This document shows positions 20,691 to 30,320 of a stretch of 64,000 nt of DNA, piece by piece. Under the pieces are notes generated by a model that made no database searches, was not told the origin of the DNA, and worked only from the letters and a program-made list of their open reading frames with translations. The translations under genes and the position numbers were made by a program. The stretch spans positions 30,621-94,620 of IMG/VR virus record IMGVR_UViG_3300032050_000049, one strand, 5' to 3'. Positions within the stretch are counted from its first letter, which is position 1, and every line of letters begins with the position of its first letter. This stretch comes from a virus (taxonomy: Duplodnaviria > Heunggongvirae > Uroviricota > Caudoviricetes).

Positions 20691-21869
20691 ATGCCACAAC
20701 CAATATCACAATTAGCAGACTATACAACAATAACAGGATCCGCATTTGTTCCTATTGTTGATGTTAATGAAACAGTATCATCAAAAAACAAAAAGATCAG
20801 TGTAGATGATTTGAGAAAAACTTTCTTTAAAAGTGGAGTTCTTCTTTCATCTTCTTTCACAGAACATACGCCGGGTTTTTATTACTTTGGTGACAATCGT
20901 GATGGTCGTCTCAATTTAACAGGTTCAATTGCCACTGTTAGAACTTTTGTAAGCAGATCGTTCGCAAGTACACAAGATGGCGCACCTGTCGTTAAAAACT
21001 TTAGTTCGTTGTTCATTTCCAGAAGTGTGGTGGTGAGTCCAACCAATAGATGTAGAGGATTGTTGATATTTGTGGATGGTGATGCAACCATCAGTGGTAG
21101 CATAAGTATGACTGCTAGAGGAGCGAGGTTTACAGGAAGCGACGCTTCCTTCACAACAATAAATCCGCCATATTTGGGTGATTACTGGAGCACGCAGTTG
21201 TTTCCGTCTGCGAGTTATTTGAGCAGAGTATTTGCGGTTGGAGCGGCTGGTGGTACGGCTGGCCCCGCTCCATCTAGCGTTGGTGGCGTTGGTGTCACTG
21301 GTATACTGGGAAGAAGTGGAGGTGGAGGAGGCGGCGGTGGACAAGCAGCCGCGGGTGGAGCGGGATCAACAGGCACATCTTTTAGTGGTGGATCTGGTGG
21401 TGGAGGAGGTGGGCCATCTCCAGGAGCAAATGGCTTTGCATTTGGTGGTCAAGGTGGTCCAACGCTTGGTAGCGGCGGCGCCGGATCAGGCAATCCAGGT
21501 GGAATAACGCCAGCTCAGCCGCCCAGTAGTCCACTCCCAGTCTCAGCACCAAGTGGTACTGGTGGATTGTTAATATTAATAGTGAAAGGTAATTTAAGAA
21601 TTGGACCAAATGGATCAATTACGGCTAATGGAATCAGTGGTGGTAATGGACTTGCTGGTTTTGGAACTGCTGGTGGCGGTGGAAGTGGAGGTGGAGTGTT
21701 ATATATTTATTATGGTGGGTCTTTAACAAATAATGGCACTGTAACTGCTAATGGTGGGTCAGGTGGTTTAACTGGTACACCCTCGCCAGCTCTTAATCAA
21801 GGCGGAGCAGGAGGAGCTGGAACTGCGATAATATCAAAATTAAACGTTGCATTTCCAGTAGCAAACTAA
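20691..21869 (+). CDS. Gly-rich solenoid-like paralog 1 with N-terminal ITDL module
   Basis: 'NRCRGLLIFVDGDATISG', 'GTGGLLILIVKGNLRIGPNG', 'GGGGSGGGVLYIYYGG..TNNGTVTANGGSGG'. Confidence 0.7.
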   Translation: MPQPISQLADYTTITGSAFVPIVDVNETVSSKNKKISVDDLRKTFFKSGVLLSSSFTEHTPGFYYFGDNRDGRLNLTGSIATVRTFVSRSFASTQDGAPVVKNFSSLFISRSVVVSPTNRCRGLLIFVDGDATISGSISMTARGARFTGSDASFTTINPPYLGDYWSTQLFPSASYLSRVFAVGAAGGTAGPAPSSVGGVGVTGILGRSGGGGGGGGQAAAGGAGSTGTSFSGGSGGGGGGPSPGANGFAFGGQGGPTLGSGGAGSGNPGGITPAQPPSSPLPVSAPSGTGGLLILIVKGNLRIGPNGSITANGISGGNGLAGFGTAGGGGSGGGVLYIYYGGSLTNNGTVTANGGSGGLTGTPSPALNQGGAGGAGTAIISKLNVAFPVAN

Positions 21870-21881
21870 ATAATTATTTAT

Positions 21882-23006
21882 ATGCCTACAAGAATATCAG
21901 ATTTACCCGAATATACAACAATAACATCATCAGCATTTGTGCCTATTGTTGATGTTAATGAATTGGTAGCTTCAAAAAATAAAAAAATAAGAATTGACGA
22001 TTTAAGAAAATATTTTTTCACAGGCACAACCACCAGCAGTTCTTTCACAGAACATACCCCAGGCCTTTATTACTTTGGCGATAACAGCGACGGACCTCTT
22101 AACTTAACAGGCTCTATCGCCACCGTTAGAACTTTTGTAAGCAGATCCTTCGCAAGCACTCAAGATGGCGCGCCTGTCGTTAAGAACTTCAGTTCATTGT
22201 TCATTTCCAGAAGCGTAGTAGTGAGTCCAACAAATAGATGTAGAGGAATGTTGATATTTGTGGATGGTGATGCAACTATTAGTGGTAGTCTACGAATGAA
22301 CGGCAGAGGTGCTTCCGCGGTTGGAGCTGATGCGTCTTTTACAACAATAAATCCGCCATATTTGGGTGATTACTGGAGCACGCAATTGTTTCCTTCGTCG
22401 AGTTATTTGAGCAGAGTATTTGCTGTAGGCGCAGCAGGTTCAGGCTATGGAACTGATGGGGTAACTGGTGTAAATGGAAGATCTGGTGGCGGAGGAGGTG
22501 GGTCTAGTTATGGTGCACCGACAGCAGGTTCAGGCGCAACCGGCACATCGTTTAGTGGTGGTTCTGGTGGAGGTGGATCCCAGGTTAACGTCATCGCCGG
22601 AGGAAGTGCGAGTGGAAATGGTGGCGCAGGGGGAAATGGCGCAACCGGCCCCGGCGGTACCGGCGGCGGTGGAGCTGGAAATCCAGGCGGCACTCCAAAT
22701 GGAGGTGTAGGAACAGGTGGATTATTAATATTAATTGTACGAGGTAATTTAAGAATTGGGCCAAATGGCAGTATAACATCAAATGGTAGCAATGGCGGAA
22801 ATGCAAGTAGTCCAACGCAGGGCGGAGGAGGAGGTGGAAGTGGCGGTGGGGTGTTATATGTATATTATGGCGGTACACTAACAAACAATGGCACTGTAAC
22901 CGCATCTGGAGGCACCCGTGGCACGGGTGGAAACGTTGCTGGAAACGGTGGAGCTGGAACTGCTATATTATCAAAATTAAACGTTGCATTTCCAGCAGCA
23001 AACTAA
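21882..23006 (+). CDS. Gly-rich solenoid-like paralog 2
   Basis: About 75% identical N-terminal half to paralog 1. Confidence 0.7.
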   Translation: MPTRISDLPEYTTITSSAFVPIVDVNELVASKNKKIRIDDLRKYFFTGTTTSSSFTEHTPGLYYFGDNSDGPLNLTGSIATVRTFVSRSFASTQDGAPVVKNFSSLFISRSVVVSPTNRCRGMLIFVDGDATISGSLRMNGRGASAVGADASFTTINPPYLGDYWSTQLFPSSSYLSRVFAVGAAGSGYGTDGVTGVNGRSGGGGGGSSYGAPTAGSGATGTSFSGGSGGGGSQVNVIAGGSASGNGGAGGNGATGPGGTGGGGAGNPGGTPNGGVGTGGLLILIVRGNLRIGPNGSITSNGSNGGNASSPTQGGGGGGSGGGVLYVYYGGTLTNNGTVTASGGTRGTGGNVAGNGGAGTAILSKLNVAFPAAN

Positions 23007-23019
23007 TATTTAATAATAT

Positions 23020-24054
23020 ATGGCAAATAAACGTATAACAGATTTAACCGAAGCAACTTTTGTAAGTGCGAGTAATTTTTATGTTGTGTATGATCCTACA
23101 GCTACACAAGATCAAAATGCTGATGGTTATACTGATTTTAATAAAAAAGTAAAACTAAAAAATATTTGTACCCAAGTAAGTCAATCAGCCATCACTTGGT
23201 TTGGTACAGGCGCAAATGGTGCTTTAAATACAACAGGTAGTGTTACTTTTACCACTACAAATGATCAAGAAGTATTTGTGAGAAATTATACATCTCTCAC
23301 AGTAAATGCTGGTCATACAATGACTGTAAGCAACAGATGTAGAGGATTGTTGATATATGTTGGGGGAGATTGTACTATAAATGGTACAGTAACAATGTCA
23401 GGCAAAGGAGCCAACTCGGTTGGAACAGCTGCTCATTATGTATATCAATCTAAAAATTACTATGGCAACTTTATTCCCCAATATCAATTTAACAGCGTAA
23501 AATTATATGGATCTGGTAGTGCCGGTGGACCCGCAAATACTGCTGGTAGATCCGCAGGCGAAGGTTATACAGGTGGTGGAGGCGGTGGAGGTGGAACTGG
23601 TGGTGCTGGTGCAGCAGGCACCAGTTGGAGTGGTGGATCAGGTGGAGGTGGTGGACCATCTGCAACTGCAGGCACTATAAATGGTGGTGCTGGTGGTAAT
23701 GGTACAGCTGCGAATACTGGTGGTGGTGCTGGTAATGGTGGTGGCAGTGCTGGTCCAGGTGGTATAGCTGGTGGTACTGGTACAGGTGGTTTGATTATTT
23801 TTGTGGTAAAAGGTACATTTACATTGGGAAATACAGGTGCAATAACTGCAAATGGTGTTGCGGGTGGAAATGGTAGTGCAGGAGGAGGAGGAGGTAGTGG
23901 AGGTGGAAGAATAGTTGTATTATACAATCAAAATTATATAAATAATGGTGGTACTATTACTGCAAATGGTGGAGCTGGTGGAGGAACTGCTCCAACTGCT
24001 GGTGGCAGTGGGGGAGCCGGTAGCATAACAATAAGAGAAATAGGAATTTGGTAA
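23020..24054 (+). CDS. Gly-rich solenoid-like paralog 3
   Basis: Same motif set (NRCRGLLIYVGGDCTING; GGGGSGGGRIVVLY). Confidence 0.7.
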   Translation: MANKRITDLTEATFVSASNFYVVYDPTATQDQNADGYTDFNKKVKLKNICTQVSQSAITWFGTGANGALNTTGSVTFTTTNDQEVFVRNYTSLTVNAGHTMTVSNRCRGLLIYVGGDCTINGTVTMSGKGANSVGTAAHYVYQSKNYYGNFIPQYQFNSVKLYGSGSAGGPANTAGRSAGEGYTGGGGGGGGTGGAGAAGTSWSGGSGGGGGPSATAGTINGGAGGNGTAANTGGGAGNGGGSAGPGGIAGGTGTGGLIIFVVKGTFTLGNTGAITANGVAGGNGSAGGGGGSGGGRIVVLYNQNYINNGGTITANGGAGGGTAPTAGGSGGAGSITIREIGIW

Positions 24055-24071
24055 AATATTTATAAAGTTAT

Positions 24072-25313
24072 ATGGCAATACCATCACAAGCAATATCTCA
24101 AATGACTACCTTGGTAGGTAGTAATCGTAACGACAATTGTTTATTTACATTGTATAATGCATTAATATCGTCCAGTGTCAATCAAAATTTAAAAGCAAGA
24201 ATAAGTACCCACGAACAATTTTATAGCAACAACAATACCGTCATAAATCAAGGTACTTATAATAATTACTTTGGAACAGGCAAAGATGGTAGTGTAACCA
24301 TAAGTAGCAGTGCGCAAATAAGTTCATCCACATCTCCAGCTGGATTAAATAATATTAGTCGTGAATTTGGCGACCCAGTTATAAAAAACTTTCAAAATTT
24401 AACCATCAACAGTGGTGTATTGTTCAGCCCATTAAGAGCTTGTAGAGGAATGATAATATATTGTACTGGCAATTTAACAGTAAACGGCACTTTGAGTATG
24501 ACTGGTAAAGGTGGAGGCGTTGGTTCTAAAGTCGCGTCTCCTATTGGATTTGCTACAAGCACCGATTCAAGATATGATTTGGTGGATGCTACATTATATT
24601 TTAACAATTTTTCATCAAGCACTGCAGGTGGAAGAGGAATACCTACACATTGGAATTGGGCGCCTAGTGGTAGTATTTGGTTTAATAATTATAAGATTAG
24701 AGTGCCATTGAGTGGGAGTGCTGCTGGAGGAGGACCAAATAATGGTGGTAGTGCGGGAATATTTTGTTGTGGAGGTGGAGGTGGGGGTGGTCAATCAAAC
24801 CCTGGCGCGGTAAGGGCAGGAGGATCCGGTGGTAGCGGAACTATATTTCTAGGAGGAGGGGGAGGAGGAGGAGGATCATACGGCGGCGGCGCCGGCACCA
24901 ACGGCATATTTGAAGCTGGTGGAATTGGCGGATTTGGGCCTAATCCAGGATTAGGCCCAAATGGTTCTGGCGGAGGTGGAGCTGGAACACCTGCTGGACC
25001 TGGCTCCGGAGGCGCTGGTAATACAGGCGTTGGTGGATTAATTATATTAATAGTACGTGGTAATATTACAATAAACGGCACAGTTTCTAGTGGTGGCGCA
25101 AATGGAGGTAATGGAACTACTGGAGGTGCTGGAGCTGCTGGCGGTGGCGGTGGAAGTGGCGGTGGTAGGATAATAATTATTTACGGCGGTACATATAGTA
25201 ATGTTGGTACCATTGTGGTTAATGGTGGCTCCGGCGGCGCCGGTGGCCCCGGCGCACTCACTGGTGGTGCTGGTGGTGCGGGTTCTATAACTATAAGAAG
25301 GGTAAATGTTTAA
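24072..25313 (+). CDS. Gly-rich solenoid-like paralog 4
   Basis: RACRGMIIYCTGNLTVNG; GGGGSGGGRIIIIYGG. Confidence 0.7.
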   Translation: MAIPSQAISQMTTLVGSNRNDNCLFTLYNALISSSVNQNLKARISTHEQFYSNNNTVINQGTYNNYFGTGKDGSVTISSSAQISSSTSPAGLNNISREFGDPVIKNFQNLTINSGVLFSPLRACRGMIIYCTGNLTVNGTLSMTGKGGGVGSKVASPIGFATSTDSRYDLVDATLYFNNFSSSTAGGRGIPTHWNWAPSGSIWFNNYKIRVPLSGSAAGGGPNNGGSAGIFCCGGGGGGGQSNPGAVRAGGSGGSGTIFLGGGGGGGGSYGGGAGTNGIFEAGGIGGFGPNPGLGPNGSGGGGAGTPAGPGSGGAGNTGVGGLIILIVRGNITINGTVSSGGANGGNGTTGGAGAAGGGGGSGGGRIIIIYGGTYSNVGTIVVNGGSGGAGGPGALTGGAGGAGSITIRRVNV

Positions 25314-25319
25314 AATTTT

Positions 25320-26543
25320 ATGGCTACACAAATATCAAGTTTAACAACACTAGTTAATGGCGTAAACAGTTATGATTGTTTTTTGCCATTGGTTGATCCA
25401 ACATTAGCATTAGATTCTCGTAATGTTAAAATTAGAATAAGTACCCACAATGAAATGTTCAGCAACAACTTTGCTGTAGCTAGTTTGAGCAGTTATGCAA
25501 ACTATTTTGGAACAGGCAAAGATGGTAGCTTAACCATAAGCAGCAGTGCTCAAGTAAGCGCTTCATTGAATAATATTAGTCGTGAATTTGGCGACCCAGT
25601 TATAAAAAACTTTCAAAATTTAACCATCGGCAGTGGTATATTATTTAGTCCACTAAGAGCTTGTAGAGGTATGATAATATATTGCACAGGCGATTTAACG
25701 GTGAATGGTACCATAAGTATGACTGGTAAAGGTGGAGGCGTTGGTTCTAAAGTCGCGTCTCCTATTGGATTTGCTACAAGCACCGATTCAAGATATGATT
25801 TGGTGGATGGCACATTATATTTCAATAATTTTTCATCAAGTACAGCGGGTGGTTATGGAATACCTACGCATTGGAATTGGGCGCCTAGTGGAAGTGTTTG
25901 GTTTAGGAATTATAAGATACGAGTGCCATTGAGCGGAAGTGTTGACGGTGGCAATGGTGCATCGACCGCTGCGGCTTCGGGTAATGCGGGATCAGCTGGT
26001 ATATTTAGTTGTGGTGGCGGCGGTGGTGGTGGTTCCGGAGAATCGCAGTATGGTACTTTTGGATCAGGAGCTTCTGGAGGCAGAGGAACTATATTTTCTG
26101 GTGGTGGCGGTGGAGGAGGCGGCGGCGGTGGATGTTGTGGTGGCAATGTACCTGGTACATCTGGTATTCTTGAAAGAGGAGGAGCAGGGGGAGCTTCTCC
26201 TAACGGCCCAGCGGGTGGAGGAGCGGGAACTACAACTACTGGTGGAAACGGTACATTAGGTGTTGGGGGATTATTAATATTAATTGTACGTGGAAATATA
26301 ATAATTAATGGAACTATTAGTTCAAATGGAGCTAGTGGTGGAAACGGAGTACGTATTAGTAAAGGATCTGGTGGAGGAGGTGGAAGTGGCGGTGGTCGAA
26401 TAATTATAACTTATGGCGGTACATACACTAATGCGGGTTCCGTTGTTGCAAATGGTGGATCAGGTGGTTCTGCCAGCTCTGGCGGTGGTCCAGGTGCGTC
26501 TGGTGGTGCTGGATCTATAACTACAAGAAAGATACATATATGA
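25320..26543 (+). CDS. Gly-rich solenoid-like paralog 5
   Basis: Close paralog of 24072..25313. Confidence 0.7.
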   Translation: MATQISSLTTLVNGVNSYDCFLPLVDPTLALDSRNVKIRISTHNEMFSNNFAVASLSSYANYFGTGKDGSLTISSSAQVSASLNNISREFGDPVIKNFQNLTIGSGILFSPLRACRGMIIYCTGDLTVNGTISMTGKGGGVGSKVASPIGFATSTDSRYDLVDGTLYFNNFSSSTAGGYGIPTHWNWAPSGSVWFRNYKIRVPLSGSVDGGNGASTAAASGNAGSAGIFSCGGGGGGGSGESQYGTFGSGASGGRGTIFSGGGGGGGGGGGCCGGNVPGTSGILERGGAGGASPNGPAGGGAGTTTTGGNGTLGVGGLLILIVRGNIIINGTISSNGASGGNGVRISKGSGGGGGSGGGRIIITYGGTYTNAGSVVANGGSGGSASSGGGPGASGGAGSITTRKIHI

Positions 26544-26908
26544 GAGATAAAATTATAATATATAGCGTTCATGACAAAACGAGCAGAGAATTTGTTGCTG
26601 CATATGGTAACAGAAACGACGTTACTGTGTTGGAAGATGACGGATATAGTGTTCGAATAAAATATCCATACATTAGTGCTTTTCCAACTGTAATAATAAA
26701 TACACCTTCATATACGGAGTCTTTTATTGTAGATGAAGGTGGAGGCGGTGCATTTGTAAATTTAGATTCTATTGGAAATGAAACAATAGTGCCAGAAGAT
26801 GTAGAATATATTAGATCTCCTAAAGATTGGAATGAAGTACAACAACGTATTGATTATTGGGAAAACAAAGTGCCCAATTGGAAACAAACTGATACTAGAT
26901 ATTTATGA
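26540..26908 (+). CDS. Hypothetical protein; paralog of 28174..28503
   Basis: 'IHDK.SREFVAAYGNRNDVTVLEDDG...RIDYWENKVPNWKQTD' is shared with the 28174 protein. Confidence 0.55.
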   Translation: MRDKIIIYSVHDKTSREFVAAYGNRNDVTVLEDDGYSVRIKYPYISAFPTVIINTPSYTESFIVDEGGGGAFVNLDSIGNETIVPEDVEYIRSPKDWNEVQQRIDYWENKVPNWKQTDTRYL

Positions 26909-27579
26909 CAAGATATACCATTTTAGGCGAACGTAGATCAGGTACTAATTTTTTGCAACATTGTATAACTGACAACTTCAATTTACAATTAGATTGGTTA
27001 AAAGGATGGAAACATTTTTTTGGATGTAATGGTTATGAAGATAAATTGAAGAATAACCAAGACGTAATATACTTGTGTATTGTTAGAAATCCAATTGATT
27101 ATTTTGTATCATTTTATAATTCTAAATTGATGCAAAGTGAAGAACGTACAAAAGATATTGAAACGTTTTTATTATCAGAATTTTATTCAGTTTATAACTA
27201 TAAAAACGGATTAATTGACGTATCAGACGACTATAATTTTAAAAATAACAATAAGCGTTACAAAAACATATTTGAAATGCGATCCGTTAAATGTAAATAT
27301 TTGTTAGATGATATGCCTAATTTAGTGAGTAAATATCATTTTATAAGATATGAAGATTTAAAACATAATACTAATACTGTATTGAATACAATTAGTGATA
27401 AATTTAATCTTATAAAAAAGAATGACAATTATTTAATAAATACAAATTATGTCGGTGTAAAAATTAATGGAGGTGTTATAACAGAAAATTATCAAGTTGA
27501 AGATAAAATAAAACAGATAATATATAACAATATAGATTTATCGACAGAACATAGAATGGGTTATTTGACCGATATATGA
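26905..27579 (+). CDS. Putative PAPS-dependent sulfotransferase
   Basis: 5'-PSB-like 'ILGERRSGTNFL' and 3'-PB-like 'VRNPIDYFVSFY'. Confidence 0.6.
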   Translation: MTRYTILGERRSGTNFLQHCITDNFNLQLDWLKGWKHFFGCNGYEDKLKNNQDVIYLCIVRNPIDYFVSFYNSKLMQSEERTKDIETFLLSEFYSVYNYKNGLIDVSDDYNFKNNNKRYKNIFEMRSVKCKYLLDDMPNLVSKYHFIRYEDLKHNTNTVLNTISDKFNLIKKNDNYLINTNYVGVKINGGVITENYQVEDKIKQIIYNNIDLSTEHRMGYLTDI

Positions 27580-28139
27580 AATTATACTCATATGATATAA
27601 CTGAATTTAATTTTAAAGAGCAATTACAAACTGTTTTGAACGTGTCTAATTTAGATGATTTGGGGGAAAACAAAGATAAAGAGAAACTGTATTCTGAGTA
27701 TATTTTGGGTAAACAGTTTTTAGATATGTATGTACAGTTTATAAAAAAATATGTTAGAAATTTGTACGATGACGTTATAGCATATCAAACTAAACCAGTA
27801 TGTAGATTGGTATATAAAAATAAATTAAATATGCATAAACTTCATAAAGACAAGTGGTATAGAAGAAATACTATTTATAGTGATATGCAGATAGATAATA
27901 TTTTTTTACCATTTACAAATGCTTTTGATACAAACACAATTTGGACTGAATCAGTTGAAGACAGTCACGATTTTTTTCCGATAAATTGTGATTACGGACA
28001 ATTTGTACACTGGGATGGTTGCAATTTACTTCACGGTAATAAATTTAATAATACTAACAAAACAAGACTGAGTATAGATTTTAGAGTTTATAAATACAAA
28101 AATTTATTACACCCAGAGTATTCTTTATTGAATTTTTAG
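27576..28139 (+). CDS. Hypothetical protein with a weak HxD...H...RxS (Fe/2OG dioxygenase-like) pattern
   Basis: 'SHDFF', 'LLHG', 'RLSIDFR'. Functional call is speculative. Confidence 0.5.
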   Translation: MKLYSYDITEFNFKEQLQTVLNVSNLDDLGENKDKEKLYSEYILGKQFLDMYVQFIKKYVRNLYDDVIAYQTKPVCRLVYKNKLNMHKLHKDKWYRRNTIYSDMQIDNIFLPFTNAFDTNTIWTESVEDSHDFFPINCDYGQFVHWDGCNLLHGNKFNNTNKTRLSIDFRVYKYKNLLHPEYSLLNF

Positions 28140-28173
28140 AAGAAAAACTATTTATTAGTTACACAAAGAGATT

Positions 28174-28503
28174 ATGAGAGATACAATTATAATACATAAT
28201 ATTCATGACAAAGCGAGTAGAGAATTTGTTGCTGCATATGGTAACAGAAATGATGTTACTGTATTGGAAGACGACGGACTAAATGTACGTTTAGCGTTTC
28301 CTTATATCAGCGCTTTTCCTACTGTTGTAATACCCACACCATCTTATGAAAATACAGATGAAAATGGAACAGTAACCCAAATCGAAGGATCTATAGAATA
28401 TCTAAGAGCACCTGAAGATTGGAATACAGTACAAACACGAATTGATTATTGGGAAAACAAAGTACCCAATTGGAAACAAACTGATAGTAGATACAAACAA
28501 TAA
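28174..28503 (+). CDS. Hypothetical protein; paralog of 26540..26908
   Basis: About 60% identity with the 26540 protein. Confidence 0.55.
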   Translation: MRDTIIIHNIHDKASREFVAAYGNRNDVTVLEDDGLNVRLAFPYISAFPTVVIPTPSYENTDENGTVTQIEGSIEYLRAPEDWNTVQTRIDYWENKVPNWKQTDSRYKQ

Positions 28504-28508
28504 TTAAA

Positions 28509-28883
28509 ATGAATAATCAACCAACCGTAACTTGGAAAGTAACAAATTTAGATTGTTATCCTACATATCAACAAAACACCGATGTTGTATTTACAGTACA
28601 TTGGGATTGTTTGGGGCAAATTGTTGTATCCACTGGCAGTTTGAGTGGATCTACATACAACAGTAGATTATATGGTACCACTGGTGTACAATACCACAGT
28701 GGATCTTCATTTATACCATACAATCAATTAACTCAAGATGATGTGCTTGGATGGACATTTGATAGTATGGGAACTGGCAGCAAGTATAATATTGAAAAAG
28801 GAGCTGTATCAAGTTTATACACTCAGATAAATCCACCTGTAGTACAACCACCTTTGCCTTGGGTAACAACTGGTTCTATTTGA
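28509..28883 (+). CDS. Hypothetical protein (124 aa)
   Basis: ORF. Confidence 0.5.
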   Translation: MNNQPTVTWKVTNLDCYPTYQQNTDVVFTVHWDCLGQIVVSTGSLSGSTYNSRLYGTTGVQYHSGSSFIPYNQLTQDDVLGWTFDSMGTGSKYNIEKGAVSSLYTQINPPVVQPPLPWVTTGSI

Positions 28884-28931
28884 TTTATAATAAGTACTGT
28901 TGTGTAAATAAAAACTATATATTAAAAAGTT

Positions 28932-29111
28932 ATGGAAGAAAACAAACAAATAAATTTAGCTGATTTGACGCTCGTAGAATTAAAAGCAATATCTTATGAT
29001 GAAATTGTCAAATTGAATTTGGCACAAAACAACTTAAGAGTTTTAAATCAAGAATTATATAACCGTCAACAAAAAGGCGTAGAAGGTGCTTCGCCAGTAA
29101 ATCAAAATTAA
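28932..29111 (+). CDS. Small protein (59 aa), paralog of 29121..29315; below the ORF-track length cutoff
   Basis: Own translation: MEENKQINLADLTLVELKAISYDEIVKLNLAQNNLRVLNQELYNRQQ... Confidence 0.45.
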   Translation: MEENKQINLADLTLVELKAISYDEIVKLNLAQNNLRVLNQELYNRQQKGVEGASPVNQN

Positions 29112-29120
29112 AATAGTTTT

Positions 29121-29315
29121 ATGGAAAAAAAGATATCTGACTTAACCGTGATTGAATTAAAAAGTTTAGCATATGATGAATTGGCTAAAATTGAATTGTG
29201 CCAAAATAATCTTCGTGCATTGAATCAAGAAATTACAAATAGATTGCAACCACAGTCAAATCAATTGAGTGGGAATTTTGATAGCCCCCCCACCGCTACA
29301 ACCGAAACCGTTTAA
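29121..29315 (+). CDS. Small protein (64 aa), paralog of 28932..29111
   Basis: Shared 'DLTVIELKSLAYDELAKIELCQNNLRALNQEI'. Confidence 0.45.
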   Translation: MEKKISDLTVIELKSLAYDELAKIELCQNNLRALNQEITNRLQPQSNQLSGNFDSPPTATTETV

Positions 29316-29575
29316 ACGGGATCACCATAGATATTGAAGCCTTTGGGTGGTTGTGGTACCACTTCTTCTTCAATTGTCTTAATAGCATACAATTTGCTAT
29401 CTAGTGGGGCTAGTCTATATTCACACTTGATCTTGGTTTCTTTGAAATAAGATTCAAGCGCTTCAGTGATACTTGGATGAATGATTTTACGGTTATCATT
29501 CACAAGAGTCCATCTATCGCCAGGTGGTACTCTAGTAGCAATCAATTCATTGTGTTCTGTAATTTTTGTAGCCAT
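29312..29575 (-). CDS. Hypothetical protein (87 aa); first gene of the minus-strand block
   Basis: ORF; stop codon overlaps that of the convergent plus-strand gene. Confidence 0.45.
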   Translation of the reverse strand: MATKITEHNELIATRVPPGDRWTLVNDNRKIIHPSITEALESYFKETKIKCEYRLAPLDSKLYAIKTIEEEVVPQPPKGFNIYGDPV

Positions 29576-29581
29576 AATATA

Positions 29582-29875
29582 TTATCGGGGTTTGACAAAG
29601 AATATTTTGTGCATTCCTGTCATATAAAAAGTATTCAAATCCATATTCAACGCTTTACATTCCAATTCTCCCGGCCAAAATCCTTTCCAAGAAGCAAATT
29701 GTTTATCGTGGTTAGTACATTCACAACTTATTTTTTGACCACCACATTCACTACATCTTTCAATGTCACACTTTTTCTTGTGTATTTTACCCGCAACAAC
29801 TTTGCAACTAAAACAATTGTCTAGTTCCACTTTCTGACACACTGGAGTTTGTTTCTTTTTCATAATTAACAACAA
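29582..29875 (-). CDS. Cys-rich zinc-finger-like protein (97 aa)
   Basis: Multiple CxxC pairs. Confidence 0.5.
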   Translation of the reverse strand: MLLIMKKKQTPVCQKVELDNCFSCKVVAGKIHKKKCDIERCSECGGQKISCECTNHDKQFASWKGFWPGELECKALNMDLNTFYMTGMHKIFFVKPR

Positions 29876-30078
29876 TGTCCTTTCTTGTCATCTGCAGTAA
29901 AATTATTTAGATTATAGTTACTTGAACGTATATCCCGCAATCCATACAATTCTCTGTACATATCATATACGATATGATCCAAATCTTTTACTGTCATTGG
30001 AATGCTTTTGGTTTTATCTACTTCTTGCATTTTCAAACAATGTTTTTTGATGATAGAATCAATTTGTTCTTTCATCAA
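29866..30078 (-). CDS. Hypothetical protein (70 aa)
   Basis: ORF in tight overlap series. Confidence 0.4.
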   Translation of the reverse strand: MMKEQIDSIIKKHCLKMQEVDKTKSIPMTVKDLDHIVYDMYRELYGLRDIRSSNYNLNNFTADDKKGHCC

Positions 30079-30320
30079 TTTTTAGTAGTGTTAATAATTT
30101 TACCGTCACAATTATAATAGGCTCTATAATAATTGGTATGCACAGTATATACACTGTTTGTTGAATTTTCAATCATACTATAAGTAATATAGTCGTTGTT
30201 AATTGCATGTACTCTACTACAGGGTGGTAGATTTTCTAATGCTCTATTATAACTATATCTTAGATACATTCCACTAGTACAACCAGTAGACAACAATGCA
30301 ATAATCAATAAATTCTTCAT
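30075..30320 (-). CDS. Putative lipoprotein (81 aa)
   Basis: Signal peptide plus lipobox 'LLSTGC'. Confidence 0.5.
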   Translation of the reverse strand: MKNLLIIALLSTGCTSGMYLRYSYNRALENLPPCSRVHAINNDYITYSMIENSTNSVYTVHTNYYRAYYNCDGKIINTTKN

